Assembly: GCA_963664375.1 (NCBI GenBank) | Contig: OY761449.1 | Span: forward strand, 1,746,337 to 1,810,336 | Direction of reading: 5' to 3' | DNA from: Dehalococcoidia bacterium | GTDB lineage: Bacteria; Chloroflexota; Dehalococcoidia; Lucifugimonadales; UBA3495 | DNA: 64,000 bases | In this document: piece after piece, positions 9,288 to 18,364 of the stretch | How the letters are laid out: each line of letters opens with the position of its first letter | How positions within the stretch are numbered: position 1 is the stretch's first letter | The notes under the pieces: model-generated | Seen by the model: only the letters and a program-made list of their open reading frames with translations | What the model was told of the DNA's origin: nothing | Database searches by the model: none | Position numbers and translations under genes: made by a program

Positions 9288-10520
9288 TTACCGCCTGCTG
9301 CCGCTGCCCTGGCTGCCTAGAATCACTCCCTCGGCCAGCAGGCCATCGACCTCCTCTTGGGTGAAACCGCGTTCCAGCAGAACCTCGGCTGAGTGCTCGC
9401 CGAGGGCGGGCGCCCGTCGGCGTATGCTGCCAGGCGTGGCGGAGAGCTTTACGGGCACGCCGATATTGTGCAGGGTGCCCAGCTCGGGATCCTCAGTATC
9501 CACCAGCATCTCCCGCGCCAGCACCTGCGGATCCCGGTAGACCTGTTCCATGTTGTAGATCGGCCCGGCGACCACTCCGGCTGCGTCCAGCAACTCCAGC
9601 CAGTCCTCGGTGTCCTGGGTGGAGAAGGTCTCCTCCAGGAGGGCCGCCAACTCCTGCTCCCGTGCCTTGCGGTCCCACGGATTGCGGAACCTGTCATCGT
9701 CCATCAGGTCCTCGCGCTGGATGGCGCGGCACAGTTGTTCCCACGTCGGCTGGGTGGCAGCGCCGAGATTCAGGTAGCCGTTCTTCGTCCGCAAGGCCTG
9801 GTAGGGAGCCGACACGCGGTGAGCGGAACCGAGGGGGCCGGGGATTTCGCCGTCGGCGAAGTACACCGAGGATTCCCAGACGGTGTAGGCCACTCCGGCC
9901 TCCATCAGCGACGTGTCCACCATCTGCCCCTCGCCGGTTTTCAGGGCGTGCACGTAGGCCGCCATCACGCCGTTTGCGCCGAAGAGTCCGGCGGTCAGGT
10001 CGGTGATGGGCACGCCGACCTTGGCTGGCGGCGAATCGGGGTGGCCGGTAATGCTCATCAACCCGCTGACGCCCTGGGCCACCAGGTCGAACCCGCCGCG
10101 GTTGCGGGCCGGGCCAGTGCTGCCGAATCCCGAAATCGTGCAGTAAACCAGGCTGGGCTTGATGTCGCGCAGCTTGGGATAGTCCAGGCCCATCCGTTCC
10201 ATGACGCCGGGCCGGAAATTCTCCACCACCACGTCAGCGCCTTTCACCAAGCGGCGAAAAACGTCGCGGCCCGCGTCATTCCTGAGATCAAGCACCAGGC
10301 TGCGCTTGTTACGGTTGACCGCGAGGAATCCCGCCGACCAGTCCTTGACGAACGGTGGCCCCATGCGGCGGTTGTCGTCGCCCCCGTTGGGCTTTTCGAT
10401 CTTGATTACGTCGGCGCCCATGTCGGCCATAACCATGGTGCACATAGGCCCGGCCAGTATCTGGGTAAGGTCAAGCACAACCATCCCGGACAGGGGGCCG
10501 CTGGCATTAGCTGAGGTCAT
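9288..10520 (-). CDS. CaiB/BaiF family CoA-transferase (family III)
   Basis: DLTQILAGP, GADVIKIE, NRNKRS, ENFRPG, GFDLVAQG. Confidence 0.95.
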   Translation of the reverse strand: MTSANASGPLSGMVVLDLTQILAGPMCTMVMADMGADVIKIEKPNGGDDNRRMGPPFVKDWSAGFLAVNRNKRSLVLDLRNDAGRDVFRRLVKGADVVVENFRPGVMERMGLDYPKLRDIKPSLVYCTISGFGSTGPARNRGGFDLVAQGVSGLMSITGHPDSPPAKVGVPITDLTAGLFGANGVMAAYVHALKTGEGQMVDTSLMEAGVAYTVWESSVYFADGEIPGPLGSAHRVSAPYQALRTKNGYLNLGAATQPTWEQLCRAIQREDLMDDDRFRNPWDRKAREQELAALLEETFSTQDTEDWLELLDAAGVVAGPIYNMEQVYRDPQVLAREMLVDTEDPELGTLHNIGVPVKLSATPGSIRRRAPALGEHSAEVLLERGFTQEEVDGLLAEGVILGSQGSGSRR

Positions 10521-10617
10521 ATTCTCCAGTCCTATCGGGTGCGGGTCCACTCAACGGGATTGAGCGGCGTTGGTTTGGTCGGCAATGGCCGGCCCTGCCA
10601 GTATAACGGACTCAATT

Positions 10618-10711
10618 TTGTCTGAATCAGGATTAACAGGATTTTGGGATTTACAGGATATAAGTCCCAATCCTGAGCATCCTTGAATCCTGTTAATCCT
10701 GATTCAGACAA
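10618..10711. repeat. Family E palindromic element
   Basis: TTGTCTGAATCAGGATTAACAGGATT...AATCCTGTTAATCCTGATTCAGACAA. Confidence 0.85.
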
Positions 10712-10853
10712 TCCCTTTGCAATCATCCTGTATCGCCCTTGAAGCAGCCTACCATGCCGAGGTGTCTAACTGGTATATTTGTCTGCAAGCCGCAGGCCAC
10801 GCTATGGCCTGTGGATAGCATTCAGCACTCGCCTCCGGAGCGGATTGGGATTG

Positions 10854-11519
10854 ATGGATAGCCCGATGGAGATACTGCTTCTGGTCACATCGGGAGTTAT
10901 CGGGTATTTGCTCGGAGCACTGCCTTTTGCCCAGTGGGTCGCCCGCTACATCAAGGGCGTTGACATTTTCAACACCGGAACGACCCTGGCTGGCACGGCC
11001 AACGTATTCTGGAACGTGGGGCGGCGCAGCGCGCTCGTCGTGTTTATCGGCGACGTGGGCAAGGGCTCCGCGGCGGTCGCGGTGGCGTGGGGTCTCGGCA
11101 TCGAGGCGCCCCTGACCCTGGTGGCCGGGGCGGCGGCCATCGTGGGCCATTGGGTATCGGTGTTCTCCTCCTTTCGGGGGGGCGACGCCATGACGCCCCT
11201 GATCGGCGTCAGCTTCGCCCTGGCGCCGGTTCTCACGCTCCTGGCGGCTGTGGTGGGAGTGGCTACCGTACTGCTGCTGCGAAACCACCATCTGCGGTCT
11301 TCGTGGGGCATCTGCACCGGATTCATGCTAATGCTGGGGCTGAGCCTGGCCTACCGGGTCGACGTGGAACTGGTAACCGGGCTTACCATACTGGCGGTGC
11401 TGGTGCTGTTGCGGAGCATGATCGTACGGCGGCGCATCAGTTCCACTGAGGGCGATGGGATCATCGAGGAATTGGACGCCGAACCGGAGTTGCCGCAGGA
11501 AATACCCGGCAGCGGCTAG
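10854..11519 (+). CDS. PlsY-family glycerol-3-phosphate acyltransferase paralogue (divergent motifs)
   Basis: GYLLGALPF, GTANV, DVGKG, IVGHW..FRGGD; start uncertain. Confidence 0.8.
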   Translation: MDSPMEILLLVTSGVIGYLLGALPFAQWVARYIKGVDIFNTGTTLAGTANVFWNVGRRSALVVFIGDVGKGSAAVAVAWGLGIEAPLTLVAGAAAIVGHWVSVFSSFRGGDAMTPLIGVSFALAPVLTLLAAVVGVATVLLLRNHHLRSSWGICTGFMLMLGLSLAYRVDVELVTGLTILAVLVLLRSMIVRRRISSTEGDGIIEELDAEPELPQEIPGSG

Positions 11520-12703
11520 TTCGCCGGATCCGGGAAGCCGTCTCCGCCCCGGGTGTCCCGCATTTCCCGCATGCGCAAGGCCCAGCGCAGGTGTTCGTCC
11601 TGCGCGGCGTCCTCAGCCATCTCGGGAGACAGCGCCAGCAGACTGTCCATGTGGCGCAGGCATGACTCGATATCGTCGAGTTGGGCGTATACCCGCGCCG
11701 CGTTGTAGTGGGCCGAGGCCAGGTTGGGGTTCGCGGCAAGCGCCTCGCGGTAGGCATCCAGCGCCTCCTCGACATCCCCCTGCGCCTCCAGCACCGCGCC
11801 CCGGTTGCTGTGCGCCTCCGCAAAGTCGGGACGGACGGTCAGCGCCTGCTCATAGTCGGCCACCGCAGACTCATAGTCCCCCAGGGCGTCGTAGGCCAGC
11901 CCACGATTGTTGTAGGCTTCGGCGTCTTCGGGGTCCAGCCGCAGCACATCCGAATAATCGTCCAGAGACTCCTGCAACCTTCCCAGGTAGTAGCGGGTGC
12001 GGGCCCGGTTGAACAGGGCGCGCGGGTCCTCGGGGTTCAGCTCCACTGCGCGGCTGTAGCTGCCTATGGCTTCATCGTGCAGTCCCAGCTCGTCCAGCGA
12101 CGCGCCCCGGTTCAGGTGGGCATTGCCGATGTCGGGCCGCACCTCGATGACCCGGTCAAACTGGGCCACGGCCTCCTGGTGGCGCCCCGCGCCAGCCAGC
12201 ACGATACCCCTGTTGTACATTGGCTGAACGTACCCCGGCGCTAGGTCGATGGCGCGGGCATAATCGTCCAGCGCCCGCTCGATTTCGCCAAGATCGTCGT
12301 GGGCGTTGCCCCTCTGATAATAGGCTTCCGCCAGTTGCGGAGACCGAACCAGGGCTTCCGTGAATTCGCGCACCGCGTCATCCGGCCGCCGCAGCCGCAG
12401 ATACGCCAATCCCAGGTTAAAGCGCGCCTCTACGTTCCCCGGCTCCCGTAGCAGCAAAGCCACGTAGGCGTCGCTGGCGTCGTCGTGCCGGCCCAGGGCA
12501 TAGCAGGCATTGCCGTAGACCAATGCCCGGCCGTCCTTTTCCTCGCCGGTCACCGCGCCGACTGCGGTCTCCAGCAGCAGGCGAGGTTCGCCGCTCAACC
12601 GCGAGCCGCGGGGCCCGGGGGTTATTCGCCCCACGCCGACGGAAAACGTCTCCAGCAGCGTGGCTACGGTATCAATGGCCGACTGGTCAGCAGATGAATC
12701 CAT
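11516..12703 (-). CDS. Tetratricopeptide repeat protein
   Basis: Repeated AYYNRG...A...P 34-aa units. Confidence 0.92.
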   Translation of the reverse strand: MDSSADQSAIDTVATLLETFSVGVGRITPGPRGSRLSGEPRLLLETAVGAVTGEEKDGRALVYGNACYALGRHDDASDAYVALLLREPGNVEARFNLGLAYLRLRRPDDAVREFTEALVRSPQLAEAYYQRGNAHDDLGEIERALDDYARAIDLAPGYVQPMYNRGIVLAGAGRHQEAVAQFDRVIEVRPDIGNAHLNRGASLDELGLHDEAIGSYSRAVELNPEDPRALFNRARTRYYLGRLQESLDDYSDVLRLDPEDAEAYNNRGLAYDALGDYESAVADYEQALTVRPDFAEAHSNRGAVLEAQGDVEEALDAYREALAANPNLASAHYNAARVYAQLDDIESCLRHMDSLLALSPEMAEDAAQDEHLRWALRMREMRDTRGGDGFPDPAN

Positions 12704-12812
12704 GTCTAAAGGAATCCTGGGGGGAAATTGAGCAAACTCGACACTCCCCCTAGCATAACATCCCTATGTCCGCTCTGCGATTGCGTCCGCCTTGCGCGAT
12801 GTATCGGAACAT

Positions 12813-12986
12813 GGTATTCCCAACGTGTATTGGTATTGGACGCGATTTGTCTGCTTGGCCCCGCCGCGTAGGGGCGCACAGCCGTGCGCCCTGGCCCCCG
12901 GTTCCGGCACAATTCTCTCCTGCGCAGACAGGGGCGCACGGCTGTGCGCCCCTAACATGGGAATACCAACACACACTGAGAATACC
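12813..12986. mobile_element. Family C composite MITE-like element, copy 1
   Basis: ~25 bp terminal inverted repeats (GGTATTC.CA..GTGT.TTGGTATT) enclosing two GTAG-type REP palindromes and a conserved spacer. Confidence 0.8.
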
Positions 12987-13096
12987 CGAAACATTGCCTC
13001 GTTGAACAAAAGGGCATGGCCGCGTACAATTCCCGAAAGCGGCCGATTTGTACCGGCCTTCCCAAACCACTACACGGCAATCGGCAGGGGTGCTAC

Positions 13097-13330
13097 GTGA
13101 CGCAAGAAAGCCAGGTAATCCTCTACACTCATCCTGACTGCGCCTTCTCGGCTGCGGCCAAGATGGACTACCGCAAGCGCAAGGTGGCCTACGAAGACGT
13201 GGACCTGTCCAAGCAGGAAGACAGGATTCCGGAACTGCTCGCCCTGACCAAAGGCGAACGGATTACGCCGGTCATCGTCGAGAATGGCACGGTAACCATT
13301 GGATTCAAGGGCGGCACTTGAGAGTTCTAG
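13097..13330 (+). CDS. UXX-star glutaredoxin-like selenoprotein (Sec at TGA 13319-13321)
   Basis: YTHPDC..TPVIVE..IGFKGGT-TGA-GAG-TTC-TAG; hairpin just downstream. Confidence 0.75.
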
Positions 13331-13357
13331 CAACGGGTCAGTTGGCCCGGTCTGCTG
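13322..13357 (+). promoter_or_regulatory. Putative bacterial SECIS hairpin
   Basis: AGCA-A-CGGGTC-AGTT-GGCCCG-GTC-TGCT stem-loop directly 3' of the UGA. Confidence 0.6.
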
Positions 13358-13455
13358 CCTCAATGCTCCGGCGCATCTGCCCCCGGCGGGCGCGAGACGC
13401 AGGGCATGAAACCGTTTTACCCGAATTTTCAAATTGATGACAGTTGCCTATTGTT

Positions 13456-13469
13456 AGAACATTTGCACT
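13456..13469 (+). promoter_or_regulatory. Putative LexA (SOS) box upstream of recA
   Basis: AGAAC-ATTT-GCACT vs GAAC-N4-GTTC consensus (2 mismatches). Confidence 0.55.
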
Positions 13470-13509
13470 ATGTTAATCTTGCCCTATTCCAAAGGGAGGA
13501 ACGTGCCGG

Positions 13510-14613
13510 GTGATGAAAAAGGACAAGATGACCACCGACAAGAAGGCCGCGCTGGATATCGCTCTCAGCAGTATCGAAAAGGACCACGGCAGGGGCGCGG
13601 TCATGCGCCTGGGGGAACTGAGCAATTCGTTGACCACCGAATCCATCTCCACCGGCTCCCTGGCCGTAGACATCGCCTTGGGTACCGGAGGCATTCCGCG
13701 GGGCAGGGTCACCGAGATCTTCGGCGCCGAATCCGCCGGAAAGTCCACTCTGGCCATTCACCTGATGTCGGAGACGCAAAAGGCCGGTGGCGTCGCCGCC
13801 TACATAGACGTGGAACACGCCCTCGACCCGACCTACGCGGGCAATTGCGGGCTGAACCTGAACGAACTCCTTATTGCGCAGCCGGACAGCGCTGAACAAG
13901 CACTGGACATCACGGAGCAACTGGTGCGCAGCGGCGCCATAGACGCCATCGTTGTGGACAGCGTCGCCGCCCTGGTGCCGCAGGCGGAAATCGAAGGCGA
14001 CATGGGCGACACGCACGTGGGACTGCAAGCCAGGCTGATGTCCCAGGCCTTGCGCAAGCTCACTGGCACTATTCACAAGTCCAAAACCGCCGTCGTGTTC
14101 ATCAACCAGTTGCGGGAAAAAGTGGGCGTCACCTACGGCAGCCCGGAGGTCACGCCCGGGGGCCGCGCTCTGAAATTCTACAGCTCGGTCCGTATTGACC
14201 TACGCCGCGTCGAGTCCATCAAGCAGGGGGCGGAGGTCATCGGCAACCGCGTGCGGGCCCGCGTGGTCAAGAACAAGGTGGCCGCGCCTTTCCGGGTCGC
14301 CGAATTCGACATCATGTTCAACCAGGGCATCAGCAAGATGGGAGACCTGCTGGAAATCGGCGCAGCAAAGGGAATCGTAAAGAAGTCGGGCGCCTTCTAT
14401 TCCTATGGCGAGACCCGTCTGGGACAAGGCCGTGAAAACGCCAAAGAGTTCCTGCAACAGCACCCCGAAATCGCGGCCTCGGTGGAGAACCGCATCCGGG
14501 CAGGCAGCGACTCTGCCGCTCCTTCCCCGGAAGAGGAACTCGAAGAGGAAGACGTCCTCGAGATCGGCGGCGCTCCCTCCCTCAACGGCTCTGAACCTGC
14601 CTCCGGCGACTAG
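13510..14613 (+). CDS. recA: Recombinase A
   Basis: [44 protein letters not shown]. Confidence 0.99.
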   Translation: MMKKDKMTTDKKAALDIALSSIEKDHGRGAVMRLGELSNSLTTESISTGSLAVDIALGTGGIPRGRVTEIFGAESAGKSTLAIHLMSETQKAGGVAAYIDVEHALDPTYAGNCGLNLNELLIAQPDSAEQALDITEQLVRSGAIDAIVVDSVAALVPQAEIEGDMGDTHVGLQARLMSQALRKLTGTIHKSKTAVVFINQLREKVGVTYGSPEVTPGGRALKFYSSVRIDLRRVESIKQGAEVIGNRVRARVVKNKVAAPFRVAEFDIMFNQGISKMGDLLEIGAAKGIVKKSGAFYSYGETRLGQGRENAKEFLQQHPEIAASVENRIRAGSDSAAPSPEEELEEEDVLEIGGAPSLNGSEPASGD

Positions 14614-14679
14614 AAAGGCAAAAGGGGCTGCCGTGTGCATCGGCAGCCCCCGGCAAATCGCCCGGCGAGGAAATGTCCA

Positions 14680-15213
14680 GTGAGCCGCGAATCATCCCTT
14701 GACCCAGCCACCTTGTCATTCAGGACGGAAGCCGACCGGGCCCGCGGCGCGGCCCTGCGCCTGCTGACCCTGAAACCCCGCACGGTGTCGGAAATCCGGG
14801 AGCGCCTGGGCAGCCGCTTCGACGGCGATTCGGTGGAACAGGCCGTTTCACGTCTGCTGAGCGAGGGACTGCTGGACGACGCCGAATATGCCCAGCAATG
14901 GCGCGACAGCCGCGAGAGACGAAAGCCCCGCGGCCGCCGCATGATCACCAAGGAACTCAAGGCGCGAGGGATAGCCGGCCACCTGATTGAGCACGCCCTT
15001 GAAGGTTACGACTCAACAGACGCGGCCCGGCGCGCAGCCTCCCGTTACGCGGCGCGTCAGTCTGCCTCGGACCGCGCTACTTTTGACCGGAGGGTGGGGG
15101 CGTTTCTACACCGCAGAGGGTTCGAACCGGAGATAATCAGGCAAGTCCTCCAGGAATTGCGGGACGAGTTGAATATCACCAACTCTCTATCAACGGAAAG
15201 TGCGGACGACTGA
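14680..15213 (+). CDS. recX: Regulatory protein RecX
   Basis: Follows recA; ALRLL..PRT..E, GLLDDAEYA, ELKARGI, FLHRRGF. Confidence 0.9.
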   Translation: MSRESSLDPATLSFRTEADRARGAALRLLTLKPRTVSEIRERLGSRFDGDSVEQAVSRLLSEGLLDDAEYAQQWRDSRERRKPRGRRMITKELKARGIAGHLIEHALEGYDSTDAARRAASRYAARQSASDRATFDRRVGAFLHRRGFEPEIIRQVLQELRDELNITNSLSTESADD

Positions 15214-15237
15214 ATGTTACACGCCCGTGTTCCCGGT

Positions 15238-15768
15238 TCAGCGAAGCCGGGATGCCGCCGTGTATACGGCGATAGCCAGGAAGAGCAGGCTGAACAGCAG
15301 CGTAATGAAGCTGCCGCTGAACAGGTAAAGGAATCCTCCCGAAATCAGGTAAGCGATCACCATTGAGGCGCCAGCGATCCAGGAAAGGAGTATGCCTCGC
15401 TTGCGATTCACGGCCCGGCTAATCAGTTCGCCTATGGCATAGGCAACCGCCAGACCGAAAATCGAGGAAACCAGGGGCACTCCGCCGAATTGGGAATTCA
15501 ACCACAGCCACAGCAGGCCCCCCCCGATGGCCAACGCGATGCCGGTGCCAATGGCCCTCATGTGGTACAACGGCCGCACGTCGTAGGTGGGCAGCCGCTC
15601 GGGCTGGCCGCACTCCCGGCAGCGAATGCCGACGGGCACCTGCACCATGCACAGAGTACAGATGCTCTTGCCGCAATGACTGCAAAACAGCCGGGTCTCG
15701 GTATCGGGATGCCAGTGGCAGTAACTGGCGGTGGCCTCCTGGCCCGCCCTTCGCGGTTCCGTGGCCAT
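15238..15768 (-). CDS. B-box-type zinc-finger membrane protein
   Basis: CHWHP..CSHCGKSICTLC..CREC then 4 TM segments. Confidence 0.8.
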   Translation of the reverse strand: MATEPRRAGQEATASYCHWHPDTETRLFCSHCGKSICTLCMVQVPVGIRCRECGQPERLPTYDVRPLYHMRAIGTGIALAIGGGLLWLWLNSQFGGVPLVSSIFGLAVAYAIGELISRAVNRKRGILLSWIAGASMVIAYLISGGFLYLFSGSFITLLFSLLFLAIAVYTAASRLR

Positions 15769-15791
15769 AGTCCGCTCCTGTTGGCGATTGG

Positions 15792-16487
15792 TCAGTTGGT
15801 CGCTTCGGGAATGCGTTCAACCCATTGATCGCGGTCGTCCACGTCCCGGTCCCGTAACAGGCGGTTGACGAACACTCTGCCTCGCGGCAGATCCCCCGGC
15901 AGCGGCCCCCAGTTCGAGGACAGGCGCTTCAGCAGCACCAGCGTCAGGGCGCCCAAACAGAACCACGCCATGGTGGCTCCATCCGCCATTGTAAACTCTG
16001 CGGGTATCACCAACGCCAGTATCGGCAGAGAAATCAAGGTGATCAACGCCCAGATTCCCGCCTCCTTGCTCAGGAGATAACCGCCGAAATAAGTCAACAA
16101 CGCTATTCCAAGTATCACGGGGGAAAACGCCAGTAGCGTCCCCGCGGCCACCCCAAGCCCCCGTCCGCCTTGCAACTTGAGGAATGGAGACCAGTTGTTG
16201 CCCGCAAGCGCCAATAGCGGGGGGCCTATCAGCAGGTGGGAATTCCAGTCCAGACCCACCACGAACACCGAGAACCAGATAGTGCCAGCGCCCTTTACCA
16301 GGATGTCTGAGAGCATCTGTGGAACGAACCATTTTTTGCCCACGTGCCGGATAACGTTGCCGCCTCCGGCGTTTCCGCTCCCGTACTGGCGAATGTCTAT
16401 TCCCCTCGCCAGCTTTCCCAGGATGAAAGCCGTCGGAACGGAGCCCAGGAGGTATGCGGCCACATAAAGGCCGACAATTTCCATCAT
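15792..16487 (-). CDS. PlsY-family glycerol-3-phosphate acyltransferase paralogue
   Basis: YLLGSVP, DIRQYGSGNAG, WSPFLKLQGGRG. Confidence 0.85.
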   Translation of the reverse strand: MMEIVGLYVAAYLLGSVPTAFILGKLARGIDIRQYGSGNAGGGNVIRHVGKKWFVPQMLSDILVKGAGTIWFSVFVVGLDWNSHLLIGPPLLALAGNNWSPFLKLQGGRGLGVAAGTLLAFSPVILGIALLTYFGGYLLSKEAGIWALITLISLPILALVIPAEFTMADGATMAWFCLGALTLVLLKRLSSNWGPLPGDLPRGRVFVNRLLRDRDVDDRDQWVERIPEATN

Positions 16488-16529
16488 CTGCTCGCGTCCT
16501 GGTTCCGTACCACTGAGTAGCGCATTACG

Positions 16530-17381
16530 TCACTGCGCCCTGTTAGCCCTGGCGACATGCGCCGCAGCCTCAAGGCGCTCCACCGATTCCATCGGCGGGC
16601 CGTTCTCTCCCGGAAGACATTCGTCGCTGTTGCCCAGACCGTGATAGTCGCTGCCGCCGCAGGGGATGAGATCGTATTCCCTTGCGAGACGCGCCAACTG
16701 CCTGATGGTGTCCTCGCGGTACTTTGCGTAGTGGACTTCCATGCCCGTCAGACCTGCGCCGGCGAGATTGGCGATTCCCGCTTCCATGTCGTTCATATAT
16801 GCCGGGTGGGCCAGGACGGCAACCCCGCCCGCAGACTGGATCATGCCCACGGCCTGGGCCGGGGTCAGCTTGACCCGCTCCACGTAGGCCAGCCCGTTGC
16901 GGCCCAGGTATTCGGGGAAGGCATCCTTGGGTTCCTTGCAGTAACCGGCCTCCACCAGCGCCAGCGCGATGTGCGGGCGGCCAACTGCTCCGTCTCCGGC
17001 AAAGTGCTGTACCCGCTCCCATTCCACGTGGATTCCCAGTTCACCCAGCTTATCGACCATGGCCTTCGCCCGGCCCAGCCGTCCCTCGCGGAACCTGGCG
17101 AGTTCGGATTGCAGCGCCGCGTCGCCGGGATCGAAAAAGTAGCCCAGAACGTGCACCTCGTCTCCGGGAACATCCGCGCTCAACTCGATACCCGGGATGA
17201 TTCGCAGGCTGGGGAAATCCTTTGCCGCATCCATTGCCTCGGCCAGGCCGTCCGTCGTGTCGTGATCGGAAACCGAGATCGTCCTGAGTCCCTGGCTGGC
17301 CGCCATTTGCACCAACTGGGTGGGCGTCAGCCTTCCGTCGGAGGCCAGGGTGTGGAGATGCAGGTCTACTTCTGCGCTCAT
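16530..17381 (-). CDS. PHP domain protein (TrpH/YciV-like)
   Basis: DLHLHTLASDG, SDHDT, VLAHP, GGSDYHG. Confidence 0.93.
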   Translation of the reverse strand: MSAEVDLHLHTLASDGRLTPTQLVQMAASQGLRTISVSDHDTTDGLAEAMDAAKDFPSLRIIPGIELSADVPGDEVHVLGYFFDPGDAALQSELARFREGRLGRAKAMVDKLGELGIHVEWERVQHFAGDGAVGRPHIALALVEAGYCKEPKDAFPEYLGRNGLAYVERVKLTPAQAVGMIQSAGGVAVLAHPAYMNDMEAGIANLAGAGLTGMEVHYAKYREDTIRQLARLAREYDLIPCGGSDYHGLGNSDECLPGENGPPMESVERLEAAAHVARANRAQ

Positions 17382-17382
17382 A

Positions 17383-18165
17383 TCAGGCAGTCATCCTGTC
17401 GATGCGCTCCAGGTGAACGGAGCGTCCGGTCTCTTCGTCTACTTCCACCAGCACGGAGTTGAAGGCGCAGGGGCCCTTGGCAACCTCCAGCCGCTGGGGC
17501 ATGGAGGTCAGGAACCGGTCCAGCACCGCCCGCGTGTCGCTGCCGATGACCGAATCCACCGGCCCGGTCATGCCAACGTCCGTAAGGTAGGCGGTGCCCC
17601 CGGGCAGAATCCGGGCGTCGATGGTTCCGACGTGGGTGTGCGTGCCGAAAACCCCGCTGACCCGCCCGTCCAGGTACCAGCCCATCGCCTGCTTCTCCGA
17701 GGTGGCCTCAGCGTGAAAATCCACCACGATTACCGGCGTCTGTTGCTCGCTGGCCAGCTCGTCCAGCAGCCGGTCGGCGGTGCGGAAGGGGCAATCCAAC
17801 TGCGTCATGAACACGCGGCCCATCAGGTTCACCACGGCGACGCCCCGGCGGCGAATCACTCCAACGCCGGGCGCGCTGGGATAATTGGCGGGACGCACTA
17901 CCGGGAGACCTTCCCCTCCAACGTCGTCCAGATAGGGAATGAATTCTTTTTTGTCCCAGATGTGATTTCCCGACGTGAGCACGTCCACCCCTGAGTCAAG
18001 CAACTCCGAGGCGGTATCCATGGTCAGGCCGAAGCCACCGGCCGCGTTTTCGCCGTTGGCTATTACCAGGTCAATGTCTTTCTCGGCGCGCAGGGAAGGC
18101 AGGACCCGGCCCACGGCTTCGCGGCCCGGCTTTCCTATTACGTCGCCAATCATCAATATTCGCAA
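17383..18165 (-). CDS. ymdB: YmdB/TIGR00282 metallophosphoesterase
   Basis: IGDVIGKPG, NGENAAGG, SGNHIWD, DFHAEATSEK, GTHTHV. Confidence 0.92.
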   Translation of the reverse strand: MRILMIGDVIGKPGREAVGRVLPSLRAEKDIDLVIANGENAAGGFGLTMDTASELLDSGVDVLTSGNHIWDKKEFIPYLDDVGGEGLPVVRPANYPSAPGVGVIRRRGVAVVNLMGRVFMTQLDCPFRTADRLLDELASEQQTPVIVVDFHAEATSEKQAMGWYLDGRVSGVFGTHTHVGTIDARILPGGTAYLTDVGMTGPVDSVIGSDTRAVLDRFLTSMPQRLEVAKGPCAFNSVLVEVDEETGRSVHLERIDRMTA

Positions 18166-18209
18166 CTGGTGTGTTTCCTGTTCAAGATTGGTTCCGATCC
18201 AGGGCTGCG

Positions 18210-18254
18210 GAAAAAGGGACTCAGCAGCCGGGCAGATCCCGCTCCTGAGTCCCT
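18210..18254 (-). terminator. Intrinsic terminator-like hairpin between rny and ymdB
   Basis: AGGGACTCAG...CTGAGTCCCT followed by TTTT on minus strand. Confidence 0.55.
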
Positions 18255-18364
18255 GCGATTCCATTGGCGAGGCCCCGACTGCCGGGCGGAGCGGCAGGAC
18301 GGCCTCGGGATTCATCTAGCGTTCGGCCAAATGCTATGGCCTTACGTGTACCCTCTGTCCGATA

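Noticed and set aside
12706-13100. Small ORFs over family C elements (also near 36240-36620 and 45930-46310)
   Set aside because: They are translations of the repeated element and give near-identical spurious peptides at each copy.
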